DNA of 64,000 nt from Xylographa opegraphella. Taxonomy: Eukaryota. The notes below the pieces were generated by a model. That model was not told where the DNA came from, made no database searches, and saw nothing but the letters and a program-made list of their open reading frames with translations. Below are positions 47,021 to 60,286 of this stretch, piece after piece. The stretch covers positions 1-64,000 of the forward strand of contig JALDZX010000073.1 of the NCBI GenBank assembly GCA_022813865.1, read 5' to 3'. The translations under genes and the position numbers were made by a program. Each line of letters opens with the position of its first letter. Positions within the stretch are counted from its first letter, which is position 1.

Positions 47021-49803
47021 TCATCTCACTGCAAAATGCCTTGTCAATACCCTCACGTTGTTGATAAATCCTTTGATTAGCGTTTCATAACCGTTGATCT
47101 GACCGAGCTGCAACAAGTTCCCGTGCTTACGCAATTCGTCACTTGCGAGCTCAATCTCAAGCTCATGCTCCTTTTCGGCACTGTGCACAACCTACAATAT
47201 TGGGGTCAGTCGTATGCACCAGCCTTGCAAGAATGGGTCACCAACCTCTGCTGACTTCACTTGTGTGAGGTCGATCTGGTAAGCCAAATGCTTATAGGTC
47301 ATGCGATCCTTATTTCGCTCCGGTGCCCTTTTCCCGCCTTCCATTACTTCTACTAGTTCACCCATATCTCCAGTAAAATTCATTTCCAGATTGACACTGA
47401 CACGCCAATCGAATGGTGTCCCCGGATTGTACACGTCCAAGTCGGCCACTCGCACTTTGATAATCCTGGCAAGGACTCGTCCCGTTTTCTGATCGGTCGT
47501 GACACGAACTTTAGCTTTGTTGTGCCGAGGATTAATCTGTGCACGAATCGATGGAGGTAGCGTGAGTTCCGCAGCCTGAGAAAGCTCGTAGAATGTGTCG
47601 CACTCCTTGGTATGGATATAGTTCATAGGGATACGAGGCTTGGCTGAGGGACTGGTGGCCTGTGAAGGTGGTGGTAGACTGGCGATGTAGGCTTCGTTGA
47701 GAAATCTGTTCAGTGATTGATGTTGACTCTGTCGATCAGTTAGTTACACTGTCATAAATTGTCTGGAGTACTAACTTCTGTCATCGAACTCTTGAACATT
47801 ACACGTAAATTCGGGTCATTCTTGCTTATGACACACTCTGTCATTACCGGTAATCTGAGCCGATCATTGGTGTTCTTGTCGACTAGCTGCCCCAGCTTAG
47901 CCTCCACCTCAAGCACAGCTCCGGAGCCAAACCCGGCTCCTGCAGGCCCGGTGCCGATATCTTTGCGGTTAACAACCTCAGCGAACAGGAAATCAGCCAC
48001 AATACGCGTAAGTTCCTCATTAGGCAGGATGTTGACGATGTTGTATTCCCAGGGACCCAAAGCTTCGTCGTTGAGATCAAGCGGTTCCGTTTTCATCACC
48101 TTGACTTCACTGACTGGCGTTATGTGACCGTTACCATCTTCCTTTGACAGGTCCGCAGTGTTGTATGACCCGTGTCCTTTTGTTTCAAGCTTCTCTGACT
48201 TCGCATGTGGCGGCGTTCGAAGCGTTGCTGGTTTCCCTGTAGTTCGTAATTGGTTACCGTTCCCATTTTGCATTGCTCTCCAACTTCTTGCAAAAATTGG
48301 AGGCGATGTAAACCTTTGCCTTCTTTTTGCGGTCCGCTGGGTAGTATTGGAAGTTTCCATCATTTGAGGCTTGGCAGAGTTTGGGGGCTGAGAGGCAGAC
48401 AAAGATGGGTTGACAAATCCAGCAGATGGGGGTGTTCGTGAGATTTGTGACGCGGGTGTACGATGATTGGACGGAACTTGCGGTGTGGTAGGCTGCTGAC
48501 GGGATGGAGTAACAGCTGCGGAGACGGAGTACTGGTTATCTCGCGATACGGGATGATCGGCTTCTCTCTCGAAATGTGGTGGGACCATGTTGGAGTCGAC
48601 TGTCGATGATAATTTTATGTGTTGTGGCCCGGGAACATATGCCTTATCTTTCAATGCCATGCCAACATTAGAATGCTGATCAGGGAGATCACGATTTTCT
48701 GAACCATGTGAAAACTGAAGTTCATGGTGGGCGTGATTATCGTCGGAATCCGAAATAGGTTTTGTATCTGGCAAACTATCGGTCATTTTACGTTTGACTG
48801 GTGTGACGCCCCCACTCCAGCGTCTGTCTGTTTCTGGTGTAACCTCCAGAGCTTCAACCTTTGTTTGACTTGGCAGTCTTGTCTTTGGGCTCACACTAAG
48901 GCTTCGTTCACGTTCTTCGTCCGTCATGTAGCTTCGGCTTCGAGATGGAGGCTGTCGAGTGCTGTAACTGGCAGGCGAAGCAAGGATGGTAGGCGTTTCA
49001 GTTGTAGGCGAAGGCAACGGAACGTAAGCATGACCATAAGAACTCACGGACTGGCTTCGATAGTTCTCATACTGATAGGGCCCCGAAGATTCACGATGGA
49101 GGATTGGGCTAGGTCGACCGGTCGAAGGAGGCGGACCGAGAGGCGTGCCTGGCTGTGACTGATATTGTTGGTTGTTATAGGATTGTACCTGAGCATTCAC
49201 TTGTGTGCGGACAAGACGAGGACTATCCCGTGAAAATTGTTGTACATGGCTTTGTGCCGAAGTTGGCGTAGCAGAAGAATGGGAGGACTGTGGTCGCTGG
49301 AATTGCGGGTAAGGATACGAGTTTCCTGGTGTTGTAGAGGTCGGAGTTGATACTGAGGAACTTGGCTGACCATAGGCCTGACTATTGGGAACAAGGATCG
49401 TGGTTGTTTGGTCTCTTGGTTGATATGGGGCCCCATGAGTATTTAATACCTGCCCGTGACCGGGAGGTTGAGGGAAAATATAGCGACCTCCGCCGGCAAT
49501 TGGAGTCGATGGTCCATGATAGGGCGACTGAGCAGAATGTTGTGATTGTGACCCATGAGGTGATTGTAGGTCTTGATGCGAGGGTGGTTGCAATGGAGGT
49601 GGTTGCAATGGAGCTGGTTGAGGAGCGCGTTGATTCGGATGAGCTTCTTGATGTCCTTGCAGAGGTCCATCAAGGGAGGCTCGGTATGGGGGTGGATGGT
49701 TGGGGTATATATGCTTGGCTGGTGATTCAAGCTTGGATGAGAGTCGCGATGTAGGAGATGGGTTTGTTGTGGAATCGGAGTTGATTATTGATGCCAAATC
49801 CAT
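47021..49803 (-). CDS. CET1: mRNA-capping enzyme subunit beta (RNA 5'-triphosphatase), 3 exons
   Basis: PPIFA motif, LGPWE, EVEAKLG, FKSSMTE|, KVRVT, DWRVSVNLE, RNKDRMTY..QIDLTQV| and EHELEIEL. Stop at 47021-47023. Confidence 0.93.
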
Positions 49804-50661
49804 GTTGCCTGGATAGGTGAAGCCTTCTGGGCAAACACCGACCTTCGTGAAGCTGTGACACTATTGTCCTCCCTATGATAGCCCTCCGTGAAGTTTTGTG
49901 TGCAGTACAGCATCACACAAGGTGCTGCCTGCAGTGGTCGCAGAGCCACTGAGGAGGTTTTGCACTCCACTTGTTCAATTCCGCTTCGGGAAGATCCAGA
50001 GGTGAGCAAGTGTTGTCAAGCTGGTCTCCGTATCCGCTAGCAATACATTCAATCCTATGGGTATAGAATGGCGTATGGAATGAAGCGCGGGCGTGACACT
50101 ATGATACAGCTCCTCAGATGCTGAGCGTAGTCCCCTGTTGCTCTCTCCCTTTCGCGTCTTTTGACGCATAGCGTTGCCGTTTCACAATCCACGGCAGGCC
50201 GCAGAGACAAGGAAGCTACGATCGGAGGCTTTTACAGTGCAGCGAGAAAAGGCAGCTTCCTACTTTCAACTCTACATTACGTGCCGCTAACCATCAACAG
50301 CATTGAAGGGCTCCATTTTCGTGGTGGTGAGGATCTATGTGTCTGAAAGGGGTTTAGGGCAGGCTGAGAACTTCGCTTGCGCAAGTTGACGTGCCTGTTG
50401 TCGCTGGTGTCAAGTCGAACGCCGGAACTTCAGCAACCATCGATCACTGTTAACTTCACCTCAAATTCGCCTTCCTGTGGTGTCGGATAACACAGACACT
50501 GCTCTCCTTGTCGATATAGTACTGATAGTATCTCAAAGTCGGTAGAGCCATAGCTTTTCTTGTTCCTGTCGGCCTCTAGCCACCATCTACCTCGCCCTTA
50601 CCGTTAGTGCTCCAAGAGCTCGAATCCGTTCGCAACTGAGCTTCGAAACCACGAGCAAAAT

Positions 50662-53600
50662 ATGGTCGGGTTGACTTCAGCAGCTGGACTGGTGGGTTTT
50701 TTATCAGAATCCGATACAGAACTTCAGGTTTTCGCGCTCCGAAAACTCAACGACGAGATCAACTCCTTATGGACAGAAGTTGCAGGATCGGTTGGCGAGA
50801 TAGAGGCTCTCTACGAAGATGAGACATTCCCAGAGCGTGAGCTTGCGGCTCTTGTGGCTGCGAAGGTGTACTATAATCTACAGGAATACAATGAAAGCAT
50901 GGTCTTCGCGCTTGGAGCCGGAAAGCTTTTTAACCTGGATAACGAGGGAGAGTTCGAAGACACTATAATATCAAAGTGTGTTGACACATATATTGCGCTC
51001 TCGGCAATGTTCAATCCTGCCACACCGGCAAGTACCGCAAATCAAGCTCCACCTCAGCTAACAACGGCCTTTCCTTCTACTACAAATGGCGCAACAAGTA
51101 CTTCGGCTGGTCTCGCATCCCCGACTACACCCTTTTCCCAGTCGACACTACCATCACGATCACTTCTCTCTCGTCAAGATAGTTCTACTACTTTTGATCC
51201 ATCGTTACCCGGTGGTGGGAATGCCGGCGTTCCTGGAGCCCACCCGTCACCATTGATACTACAAAGGGGTATTCAGAAACAGCTACACTCTGTAATTGAG
51301 CAACTTTTTGAACGATGCTACAAAGAGGGACGATACTACCAGGTTGTGGGTATAGCTATAGAAGCTCGCAACTTGGAAAAGCTTCGGGCAGCAATCCTAA
51401 GGGCAAGTGACGATCAGGTCAAGAACAAATCCACTTCCAGGGAGGACTCAATTGATATCGGAAAGGATCTTATGGAGTATGTTCTCGAGATTTGTATGGG
51501 GGTGGTACAAGAACGTGGCCTACGCAATGAGGTGATTCGCAATAATTTTCATTTCATTAAGATGATTACTGACGACGTCCTGTCCGTAGATACTCAGACT
51601 GATCCTCGACCTACTGAATGATATCCCCGCCCCCGAATATTTTTCAATCGCTAAATGCATCGTCTATCTCAGCGAGTCCACCATGGCTTCCGATCTCCTT
51701 TGTCGACTGGTCGGTAAATCTAATGCTAAATCACTTGCGGTCGCCTATCAGATAGCCTTCGACATGTACGATAACAGCACTCAGGAGTTCTTAAAAAAGG
51801 TTCGGAGCAATCTTCCAAGCGCGCCTCCACCAGCATCAGAAATTGCAGCGGTATCAGGGACCGATGGAGACAATGATCGAGCCCCTTCGTCGCAACCATT
51901 GTTACAGGACTCAAATAATGCTTATGTTACAGCCACTTCGATTAACGGTGTGTCAGAAAAGCTCCCAACCTCGTCACCTGAGGAACAGAAGGCCTTCGAG
52001 TCGATTAGAGAAATACTTCAAGGCACTAAAACTATAGAACTAGACCTCGAATTTCTGTATCGCAACAACCACACCGACAAGAATATACTTAATAAGATCA
52101 AGGACAGCCTAGAAGCTCGAAACTCTATTTTCCACACGGCAGTAAGTCTGGCAAATGCGTTCATGCATGCTGGAACCACAAACGATCGATTCTTCCGAGA
52201 TAACCTAGAGTGGCTTGGCAAGGCAGTTAATTGGTCGAAGTTTACGGCCACTGCTGCTCTCGGTGTCATACATAGAGGCAACCTCGGGCAAGGCCAGAAG
52301 CTTCTGGAACCTTACCTCCCTAAAGACAGAATTGAAGGGACAAACACTGGTTCGGCGTATAGTCAAGGTGGCTCGCTATATGCGCTTGGGCTAATCTATG
52401 CGAACCATGAAGCGCTTGCGCTTGATCTCATACGAGGTCATTTCAAGAAGGCTACTGAGGAAGTCGTGCAACACGGTGGTGCACTGGGTTTAGGAGTTGC
52501 TGGCATGGCTACCGGTGACCAAGGTATCTACGAAGATCTTAAGAATGTTCTCTATGCAGACTCTGCGCTAAATGGAGAGGCTGTCGGTATCGCCATGGGT
52601 CTTATTATGCTAGGTACCGGCAACTTCCAAGCGCTGGACGACATGATCCAGTACGCACATGAAACTCAGCACGAAAAGATTGTGCGAGGCCTTGCCTTGG
52701 GTATGGCTCTTATAATGTACGGACGTCAGGAAACCGCAGACGAGCTTGTAAATGCTCTACTGGATGATCCTGACCCAATTTTACGGTATGGCGGTATCCA
52801 GACACTTGCCCTTGCGTACTGCGGCACGGGTAGCAACAAGGCAGTTCGGAAACTTCTACACGTAGCTGTCAGCGATGTCAGCGACGACGTACGAAGAATC
52901 GCCGTGATGAGTCTTGGCTTTATTCTCTTCAGGAAACCCAACAGTGTCCCTCGCATGGTCGAGCTGCTCTCTGAGTCTTACAATCCTCACGTGCGGTATG
53001 GTGCGGCAATGGCACTAGGTATTTCCTGCGCTGGTACTGGATTGGATGAGGCCATCGATCTTCTCGAGCCAATGATCAAAGATCCCACAGACTTTGTACG
53101 ACAAGGTGCTTTGATCTCGCTTTCAATGATAATGGTTCAGCAAAATGAAGCCATGAACCCCAAAGTTGGCACGATCCGCAAAACCTTACAGAAAGCTATC
53201 GGCGATCGTCACGAAGACGCAATGACCAAGTTCGGCAGCGCTGTCTCTCTTGGCATAATAGACGCAGGCGGGCGAAACTGTACCATCAGCCTCCAAACAC
53301 AAACTGGGAATCTTAACATGGCTGGTATAGTTGGGATGGCAGTCTTCACTCAATACTGGTACTGGTTCCCACTCACACATTTTCTTTCACTCAGTTTCAC
53401 TCCTACTTCTGTCATCGCCCTTGATCAAGACTTAGAAGTACCGAGCTTCAAGTTTCATAGCGCCACTCGGCCCAGTCTGTTTGATTACCCGCCCGAGCAA
53501 GAAGCGAAGGTTGAAGATGCACCAGAAAAGGTCAAGACTGCTGTGCTTTCTACTACTGCTCAAGCCAAGCGGAGAGCACAAAAAAAAGAGAAACAACAAC

Positions 53601-54239
53601 GGCGTGAGAGTATGGATATTGACCCCACTCCTACCACACCTAAGGTTGGCATCAGTGAAGATAAGATGGATACGGATGAGTCAGCGATAAGAGCAGACGG
53701 AGAGAAGCCTGAGTCGGCGGAGAAGGAAAGCGAAGATGCTAAAACTAGCGCAGCACCAGAGGGATTGAGGAAAAAGATGGAGAAAGAGAAAGTCGGATGC
53801 GAGCTTGAGAACATGTCGAGGGTCTTACCGGCGCAGCTTAAGTTCATCACCTTCCCTGACGGAAGATATGAACCTGTGAAGAAGGTATGTCATTCACTCT
53901 GACCCTTGATTCTTACACCCCTGACTAATTTGACTACTATAGCCAACCGGCGGTGTGATCCTGGTCATCGACAACAAGTCGTCTGAACCCAAAAGTCTTA
54001 TGGAACCCAAGGCACGAAAAAACATCAAACCGGCCGCTGCACCACAAACCCTTCAGGATCGCATCAACGATGTCCATGCACTAGAGAACAACCGAAGTGG
54101 TGCGGGGGGTGTAGAGGCTAGCGGTGCGGCGGCAGGTGCAGGCGTCTTAAACGCATTAGACGAGGGTGGAGAAGGTGCTGAAGAGGCCGACGTGCCTAGA
54201 GAGTTTGAGTATCACTCGGATAATGAAGGAGAAGAATGA
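50662..54239 (+). CDS. RPN2: 26S proteasome regulatory subunit Rpn2, 3 exons
   Basis: LTSAAG..., FFRDNLEWLGKAVNWSKFTATAALG, PC repeats, ESYNPHVRYG, QYWYWFPL and NMSRVLPAQL. Introns at about 51532-51588 and 53885-53942. Confidence 0.97.
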
Positions 54240-55258
54240 GTGAGTTCCACCATTGTATTGATAGCTACATTATGTGAAAGGGCTATTAGCGAGAGGGAGC
54301 ATTGCTGGGTCGTTTGGCATGCATAGACCAGCGCGCAATTGAGGGTGTGTAATAACAGAGGGTCACTACTACCATACCGCTAGAGTTTGCAATCTCTGTT
54401 CGATGAGCTTTTTTAGAGAGTATGCAGCTGATAGAGCAAAGCGGAATGGGTATTGTTCTGTTCAAGAAGCGGTTCACGGATTCATAACGTCAAATAAAGT
54501 GCTGTAAATGTAAACTATCCACTCTATATCACTCTCCATTCCACGATTGTAGTACGCTCACTGTGGTTTCCGAGTCGCATGGGACTTCGATTATTCAAGC
54601 ACAGACGACGAAATGCACAACACCTTGAACTGCTGTTGTGAGGGAGGTACTAACAACCAAGACTTTGGAATGATTACAATTGACTACCGCGCTGTCCCGC
54701 TAATATCATTACAATTCGAAACAAAGTATCATTTCCCAGATAAATAGTGAATTTGGACAATATAGCTAGCTTCCCAGCATTTATTGACTTGCCACCACAG
54801 TTGATGCCAGTTACGCTAGACATCGGTGGTCCAAGTATTATGAGGTGATGCGATAATGGTCGCAAGAACCACTTAGAGACTGGCCCAAATATCAACTTGA
54901 CCATAGGTTTGGTGAACGAAAGCCTGAGCTATCAGTATTTGGTCGATGTGATTAATGCTACGTATACCATAACGGCACATTTCAGCCGCTCGCTTCACAA
55001 GCGCGACAAGGCAGAGCTATCCCACCCTAAGACAGCCGCGCAGCTATAATCAATTTAAGCTTAAGCAACAACAACGGCCCAATAAGCTTGCAGTTACGCC
55101 CGATGTGTGTCGTTCCTGCAGCTCAATAAGACCATGCGAGGACTTAAACATCCTCGATAGTACGGGTTCCTTGCTATCTAATCCTCGTGGTAGCACCAAG
55201 CAGATTTAATGACGATAATGTTAGAATCTAATACCTCATCATAGTTACTTGCGGAACC

Positions 55259-58200
55259 ATGCCCGTCTCCATATCGAGCTCCAATTCGTCTCTGACCCGT
55301 TATCGTCCTGCCATCCTTGTCCTTACGGCTTTGGCTGCTGGTTACACAATATACTACGTCCATAGCAACTTTTACTCCTCAAAATCATCGTCTTCGCATC
55401 CTTTAGTCCGAAGAAATGCTGTCCACCGGTCGTCACAACGAAGGCGAGATCGGCTGCGCTCGTCAGACGCGAGAGATACCAGAAGGGTTGTGAGCAGCTA
55501 TGAGGCCCTAGAAGAGTTTCATTCATATGAAATAGATGAACGGTACAGGTCGGTTGTGGATAATACCACCATCACAGTTCCATTGCGACACGGGCTGCAA
55601 TCGCCAGAGGAAATAGCTACCCAGTTTTCGCTGAGTCTTGAGGATGCTACTCGTGTCCGAGAAAAAGTGCAAGAAATGTTGCTTATCGCAGCTTTTTCTG
55701 CAATAATACCTCACAACGCTATACTTGCAGACCCTGGAGGCCGGCAAGCATACGTGGACGTTTTTGCGCAGGAAGGCTTTTCGCGTTTCGCCGTAATTGG
55801 TGCTGTGGAGAGATTCAATAGTCGGGATTTCATTCATCCACACCCGCTTCCGGGAGAGGATTCGGTCCTGCTTGGCCCGCTCAGGCCGGTTGAATTGCTT
55901 CACAACACCACAGACGATAGTCAGGCGCAATACAGGATACCTAGAATGGACGGAGAAGACGACGACTTACCTCAGATACAGGCACTGGATGTATCCGAGA
56001 CCGTGGTTGAGGAGGATAGCGAGAATTCGTGGAGGGGGGGGGACGAAACCGACGAGTCCAAGAAGGAGGGTCAGAGTCTGCTGAATCTCCTCTACCATAT
56101 CGCCGAAGACCAAGCGAGAAGAGAGGGCTACGTGCACAGGGGTGTAAGCTGCAACAGCTGCAACACCCAACCGATTAGAGGCATTCGTTATCGTTGTTCT
56201 AATTGTGCAGATTTCGACCTCTGTGAAACTTGTGAAGCAGCGCAGGTCCATCCTAAGACACACGTGTTCTATAAAGTACGAGTGCCAGCTCCATTCACCG
56301 GCAGCCCGCGGAATGTTCAGCCTGTTTGGTACCCGGGAAGACCGGTTGGCCTACCCCCAGCCCTCCCTCGTGAAGCGAGTAAACACTTCCAGAAGACTAC
56401 AAGTCTCGAAGGTGCTGAGATTGAGGCTTTATGGGACCAGTTCAAGTGCTTGGCAGCCACTGATTGGCCTGAGGACCCGGATAATCTGGGTGTTGCCATC
56501 AATCGCTTAACATTCGACAAGTGCTTCACAAGCAGCATAAGTTCTCGTCGTCCTCCACCCAACTTGATTTATGACCGTATGTTTGCATTTTATGATACCA
56601 ATTCTGACGGACTCATTGGCTTTGGCGAGTTTTTGGGGGGTTTAGTCAATTTGAAGAGCAGGAACCTTCGAGAGAGGACGAGAAAAGTATTTCATGGCTA
56701 TGATATCGACGGGGACGGCTTTGTCAGCCGTAGAGACTTACTACGCATGTTTCGTGCATATTATGCTCTCACGAAAGAACTCACACGTGAGATAATTGGT
56801 GGGATGGAAGAGGACGTAACTGGGGATGGAGCTCAGCGAGATATTGTCGAAAGTAGCTTACCGATCAGTTCCGCATTCCCAGGCCCAATTCCACCAGGAG
56901 AATCTTCGCACTGGGACGGAAAGTCCAGAGATCGTAACGGAGACTTTGTTCCTGACCGAGAAGACATCCTGAATGAGCAAGAGGCGGATGAGGGTGATTA
57001 CCACGAAGTCATCGCGGATGTTATGGAGCGGCAAGTATTCGGGGATATCAGAGGTGAGCCGCTTGATTCGGAGACTTCGGATATAGATCTACTTGACGAA
57101 CGGATATTTTCTGATGAGGCATTCCATGAAATGTTCCCTGATCATGAAGGCTCACCTGGTGATGTTGCGCGGTCACCTCCTGACCATCCACAGGAAAGCA
57201 TGTCAAGTACAGAAGGACCAGAAGACAACAATACCAGTGCTGAAGAAACAAGACACACATCAGACTATGCCTTTCCCGATGACTATGTGCTGCCTGAGGA
57301 TGTAGAGAGTGCTCTTGGGACTGCTACTGCATTTGAGGATGTTGGGGATCCACGAGAGCGGTCAGCGGTTAGACGTGTGACTAAGAGACGGCTGAGCAAG
57401 GAATATCGAGAGGACCGACTGTCGATTAGACAAAAAAGCGTACAAGAACGCTGGGAACGAAGACAATTTTATCTTGTTGAAGAAGATGGGTTTCCGGTCC
57501 CAAATACTGCGGACAATAAAGCAGACTTGCATTCTACAGATATACCAGCCCCTATTGATCCTGTCAAGGCGCGAATTGACGGGATCAAATGTATCAGGGA
57601 TTCTTCATCATTGAAGCCGTTCAAGGCGACGATTAAAGATGGGATGAAGTTACGTGGGTGGCAAACGGGCGACGAAGCCGAAACTACGGCATTGGCTGAT
57701 CTTCTCGTCAACATGGCCGGTCTAAATTATGAAGCTCAGGTAATGACATCAAACCTCCAACACCTTCGTCACTGTCCCGACGCCGATAGCTTTATCAACT
57801 GGTTTGTTGAACGCATTTCAAATACAGAGAAAGAGATTCGAAATAGACCTTCCACCACGACCAATGGATACGCCAGCAATTCTCAGAGACGCTCTAGATC
57901 TTCTTCAAAGGTCCGTTTCCAGGATGATTTGACAGATACAGAACTTGAAACCCGCTCGAATACCTCAATGTCATCACGTAGCATTCCCCTCGGTGAACGA
58001 TGGGGGGGCTTCGAAGTGCCCGAACCGGAGAAAGATTTAGGTCGCGAGTATCTTTACCAAGTAACTCAAGAGAGCCTGAACGAATTGCTAGATCCAATCT
58101 TTAGACAACGTGAAGACCTTGCGATGGAAGTCGCACGTTCAGCTGAACTTCGGTCTCTACTCAGACACATTCTTAACCAATGGCTGACACCGAAGAAGAA

Positions 58201-59290
58201 GAAGTTGGTTGAAATACAGTTCTCCAGATGGCAGAAGATGTGGCGAACCCTCGAGGGCCATGATTTATTGACTTACAAGAAATCCTCATCCGAGGGGCAG
58301 GCGCTTCTCCTACACATGGCTATGCAACACAGGCGTGGATCACCCTCATACAGGAATAACGTTGAGGATCTCTGGGCCGCAGGCATGCAGAGTACATTGG
58401 GAGAGAGCGAAGAAGCACTTGATCGAGCCATTGAAAAGTTTATGAGGGAGGTACAAACTGGAGGATCAGATTTCCAGCAGGGCGCAGGAAGTGCAGGATT
58501 GTTGCTCAGCAGCGACTTCATCACAACACCAAGGTCTTCTCCTGATGACACTTCGGAGAGGGTGGAGCCTGCTCTCCCTCAACATCAATACCTCTCCGAC
58601 TCCGAGTTGAATACTAAGAGTCCGGCTGGTCGCCTAGATAACGACATCATTGATGATGACTTTTCATTGGCAGGAACCCCAGGTGTGGATGCGGAGCTAT
58701 TCAATGAAATGACTGCAGATACACAAACTGGAACAGAATACCCAGCACCAGCACTGGAGCTCCATAGTGCCGTCACCACCTTCAACGAAGCGGACCCCTC
58801 TCTGGAGCAAGCCATTTTGCAGAAGCCACTCGCCGAACTCCTCCACTCGGCCGGCTACCATCTCTGCTCCCCCGACGAAAGCAACCCAAGCCACGAATAC
58901 ATCGACCCTACCCTTCCCCAGAATCGCCCTTCAACCACCGACTCAGGCACGCCTCCAACTACCTCACCCCGCCGCTTCGACCCCACCCGCCCTCCAGGCC
59001 CATGCAACCGTATCCCGGACTACACCGACTACTTCGTGCGCCTGCCCCTCGACGAGCCGCCCGTGGTCCCGCTCCACTTCATCGTCTGCGTGAACCACCC
59101 CGCCATGGAAGACAAGCTCAAGTTCCTGGCCATGATGGACTGCATCGAGCAGGAGGACCGCGACCGCGGCGGCGCCGGCAGGATCAGCCTCCCGGAGTTC
59201 GAGGAGATCTTGGAGGGCCCGCGAGGCGCGACGTTGCAATTTGTCGGCGCTTGGCTGCACACGGCGACGTTTTGGGGGAGTGCGCTTTGA
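55259..59290 (+). CDS. ZZ-type zinc finger / EF-hand protein with N-terminal membrane anchor
   Basis: 1343 aa ORF. HRGVSCNSC...RYRCSNCADFDLCETC...H..TH. EF-hands DTNSDGLIGFGE and DIDGDGFVSRRD. Confidence 0.9.
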   Translation: MPVSISSSNSSLTRYRPAILVLTALAAGYTIYYVHSNFYSSKSSSSHPLVRRNAVHRSSQRRRDRLRSSDARDTRRVVSSYEALEEFHSYEIDERYRSVVDNTTITVPLRHGLQSPEEIATQFSLSLEDATRVREKVQEMLLIAAFSAIIPHNAILADPGGRQAYVDVFAQEGFSRFAVIGAVERFNSRDFIHPHPLPGEDSVLLGPLRPVELLHNTTDDSQAQYRIPRMDGEDDDLPQIQALDVSETVVEEDSENSWRGGDETDESKKEGQSLLNLLYHIAEDQARREGYVHRGVSCNSCNTQPIRGIRYRCSNCADFDLCETCEAAQVHPKTHVFYKVRVPAPFTGSPRNVQPVWYPGRPVGLPPALPREASKHFQKTTSLEGAEIEALWDQFKCLAATDWPEDPDNLGVAINRLTFDKCFTSSISSRRPPPNLIYDRMFAFYDTNSDGLIGFGEFLGGLVNLKSRNLRERTRKVFHGYDIDGDGFVSRRDLLRMFRAYYALTKELTREIIGGMEEDVTGDGAQRDIVESSLPISSAFPGPIPPGESSHWDGKSRDRNGDFVPDREDILNEQEADEGDYHEVIADVMERQVFGDIRGEPLDSETSDIDLLDERIFSDEAFHEMFPDHEGSPGDVARSPPDHPQESMSSTEGPEDNNTSAEETRHTSDYAFPDDYVLPEDVESALGTATAFEDVGDPRERSAVRRVTKRRLSKEYREDRLSIRQKSVQERWERRQFYLVEEDGFPVPNTADNKADLHSTDIPAPIDPVKARIDGIKCIRDSSSLKPFKATIKDGMKLRGWQTGDEAETTALADLLVNMAGLNYEAQVMTSNLQHLRHCPDADSFINWFVERISNTEKEIRNRPSTTTNGYASNSQRRSRSSSKVRFQDDLTDTELETRSNTSMSSRSIPLGERWGGFEVPEPEKDLGREYLYQVTQESLNELLDPIFRQREDLAMEVARSAELRSLLRHILNQWLTPKKKKLVEIQFSRWQKMWRTLEGHDLLTYKKSSSEGQALLLHMAMQHRRGSPSYRNNVEDLWAAGMQSTLGESEEALDRAIEKFMREVQTGGSDFQQGAGSAGLLLSSDFITTPRSSPDDTSERVEPALPQHQYLSDSELNTKSPAGRLDNDIIDDDFSLAGTPGVDAELFNEMTADTQTGTEYPAPALELHSAVTTFNEADPSLEQAILQKPLAELLHSAGYHLCSPDESNPSHEYIDPTLPQNRPSTTDSGTPPTTSPRRFDPTRPPGPCNRIPDYTDYFVRLPLDEPPVVPLHFIVCVNHPAMEDKLKFLAMMDCIEQEDRDRGGAGRISLPEFEEILEGPRGATLQFVGAWLHTATFWGSAL

Positions 59291-59320
59291 GGCATGGGAG
59301 GAAAGCAAGGGGGCGGTCCC

Positions 59321-59426
59321 TGGGCGTGGGTGAGGGCGTGGGTGAGGGCGTGGGTGGTGCGATCGGTGGTGTACATAGGCGGAGAGAACCCGGTGTTGGC
59401 GCTTATTTGTTGTTGTTGTTGTTGTA
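59321..59426 (+). repeat. Short tandem repeats in 3' UTR: (GGGCGTGGGTGA)x~3 and (TGT)n
   Basis: Directly visible in the sequence. Confidence 0.8.
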
Positions 59427-60286
59427 GTGGTAGGTATCTATCTATCTCACGAGCATGCATTCACAATTCATCTTACGCTTCTGTTCTGCACAACCGCTCG
59501 CTTATACGCGCCTTGCTTTTGGGGGATGGTCCGTTTTGGCTAGCGATCGTTGAAGCACTTTGGACGGGTGGACCCTTCATCCTCTGTCGCCTCCAAGCCT
59601 CTTGCGGCATGCGAGCACCTTACACTTGCTACGCTTTCCGAGCCATCGCAACTGCGTAGATGACCCGTTTCCACGCGGTCGATAGATCTACCCCTTATCA
59701 TCCCTCCCACTCTTAGTTTTCTCACGCAAGACCAGAACCAATGTGCAGCACCGAGCAAGCTCTCTGCTACACAACTCGCTCCTTGGCTCCGCGTGCCATT
59801 GCTGTCGCTCTCGCTTCGTGGTAGATCACCGAACTTTTAGGAGGTTTGAAGCCTGGGGACGGCATCGACGGTGGGGATGCTGTGGGTTGTGGGTGGGCTT
59901 GTTGTTGAGAGTGGGAGGATGGGGAGTGGGGAGGGGATGGTGGTGGGAGGGGTGGGGAAGTTTTTTCCGCGGAGAGGTAGGTTGGATATATGGGAATACG
60001 GTGGGGGTGGGATCGAGGAGGGGGATGGTTTGTGATAGGTGGACGTGATGGAATTTATATTCAGGATGCAGGCAATAAGCTGCGGTTTTTGTGGATTCAA
60101 TAATGAATCGGTAGCCATGAATGCGTTTCCGTGAATATGTCGCTTGTATACAGATCAGAATCTTCACGACAGTACTAACCACTCCGACTGCAGCTCTCTG
60201 ACCTTTATGGCGCCCACGGTCACATCGAAAGAAATATTTGACGCCCGCAACTCCCAGCTTTCCATGCCGCTTGATCCCTTCCACAA

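Noticed and set aside
50579..50584. Rpn4/PACE site upstream of RPN2
   Set aside because: Only a 6-bp GGTGGC core, too weak to call.
10918..59460. Many antisense and overlapping ORFs in the ORF track
   Set aside because: These are shadows of real genes, especially in GC-rich segments, with no independent motifs.
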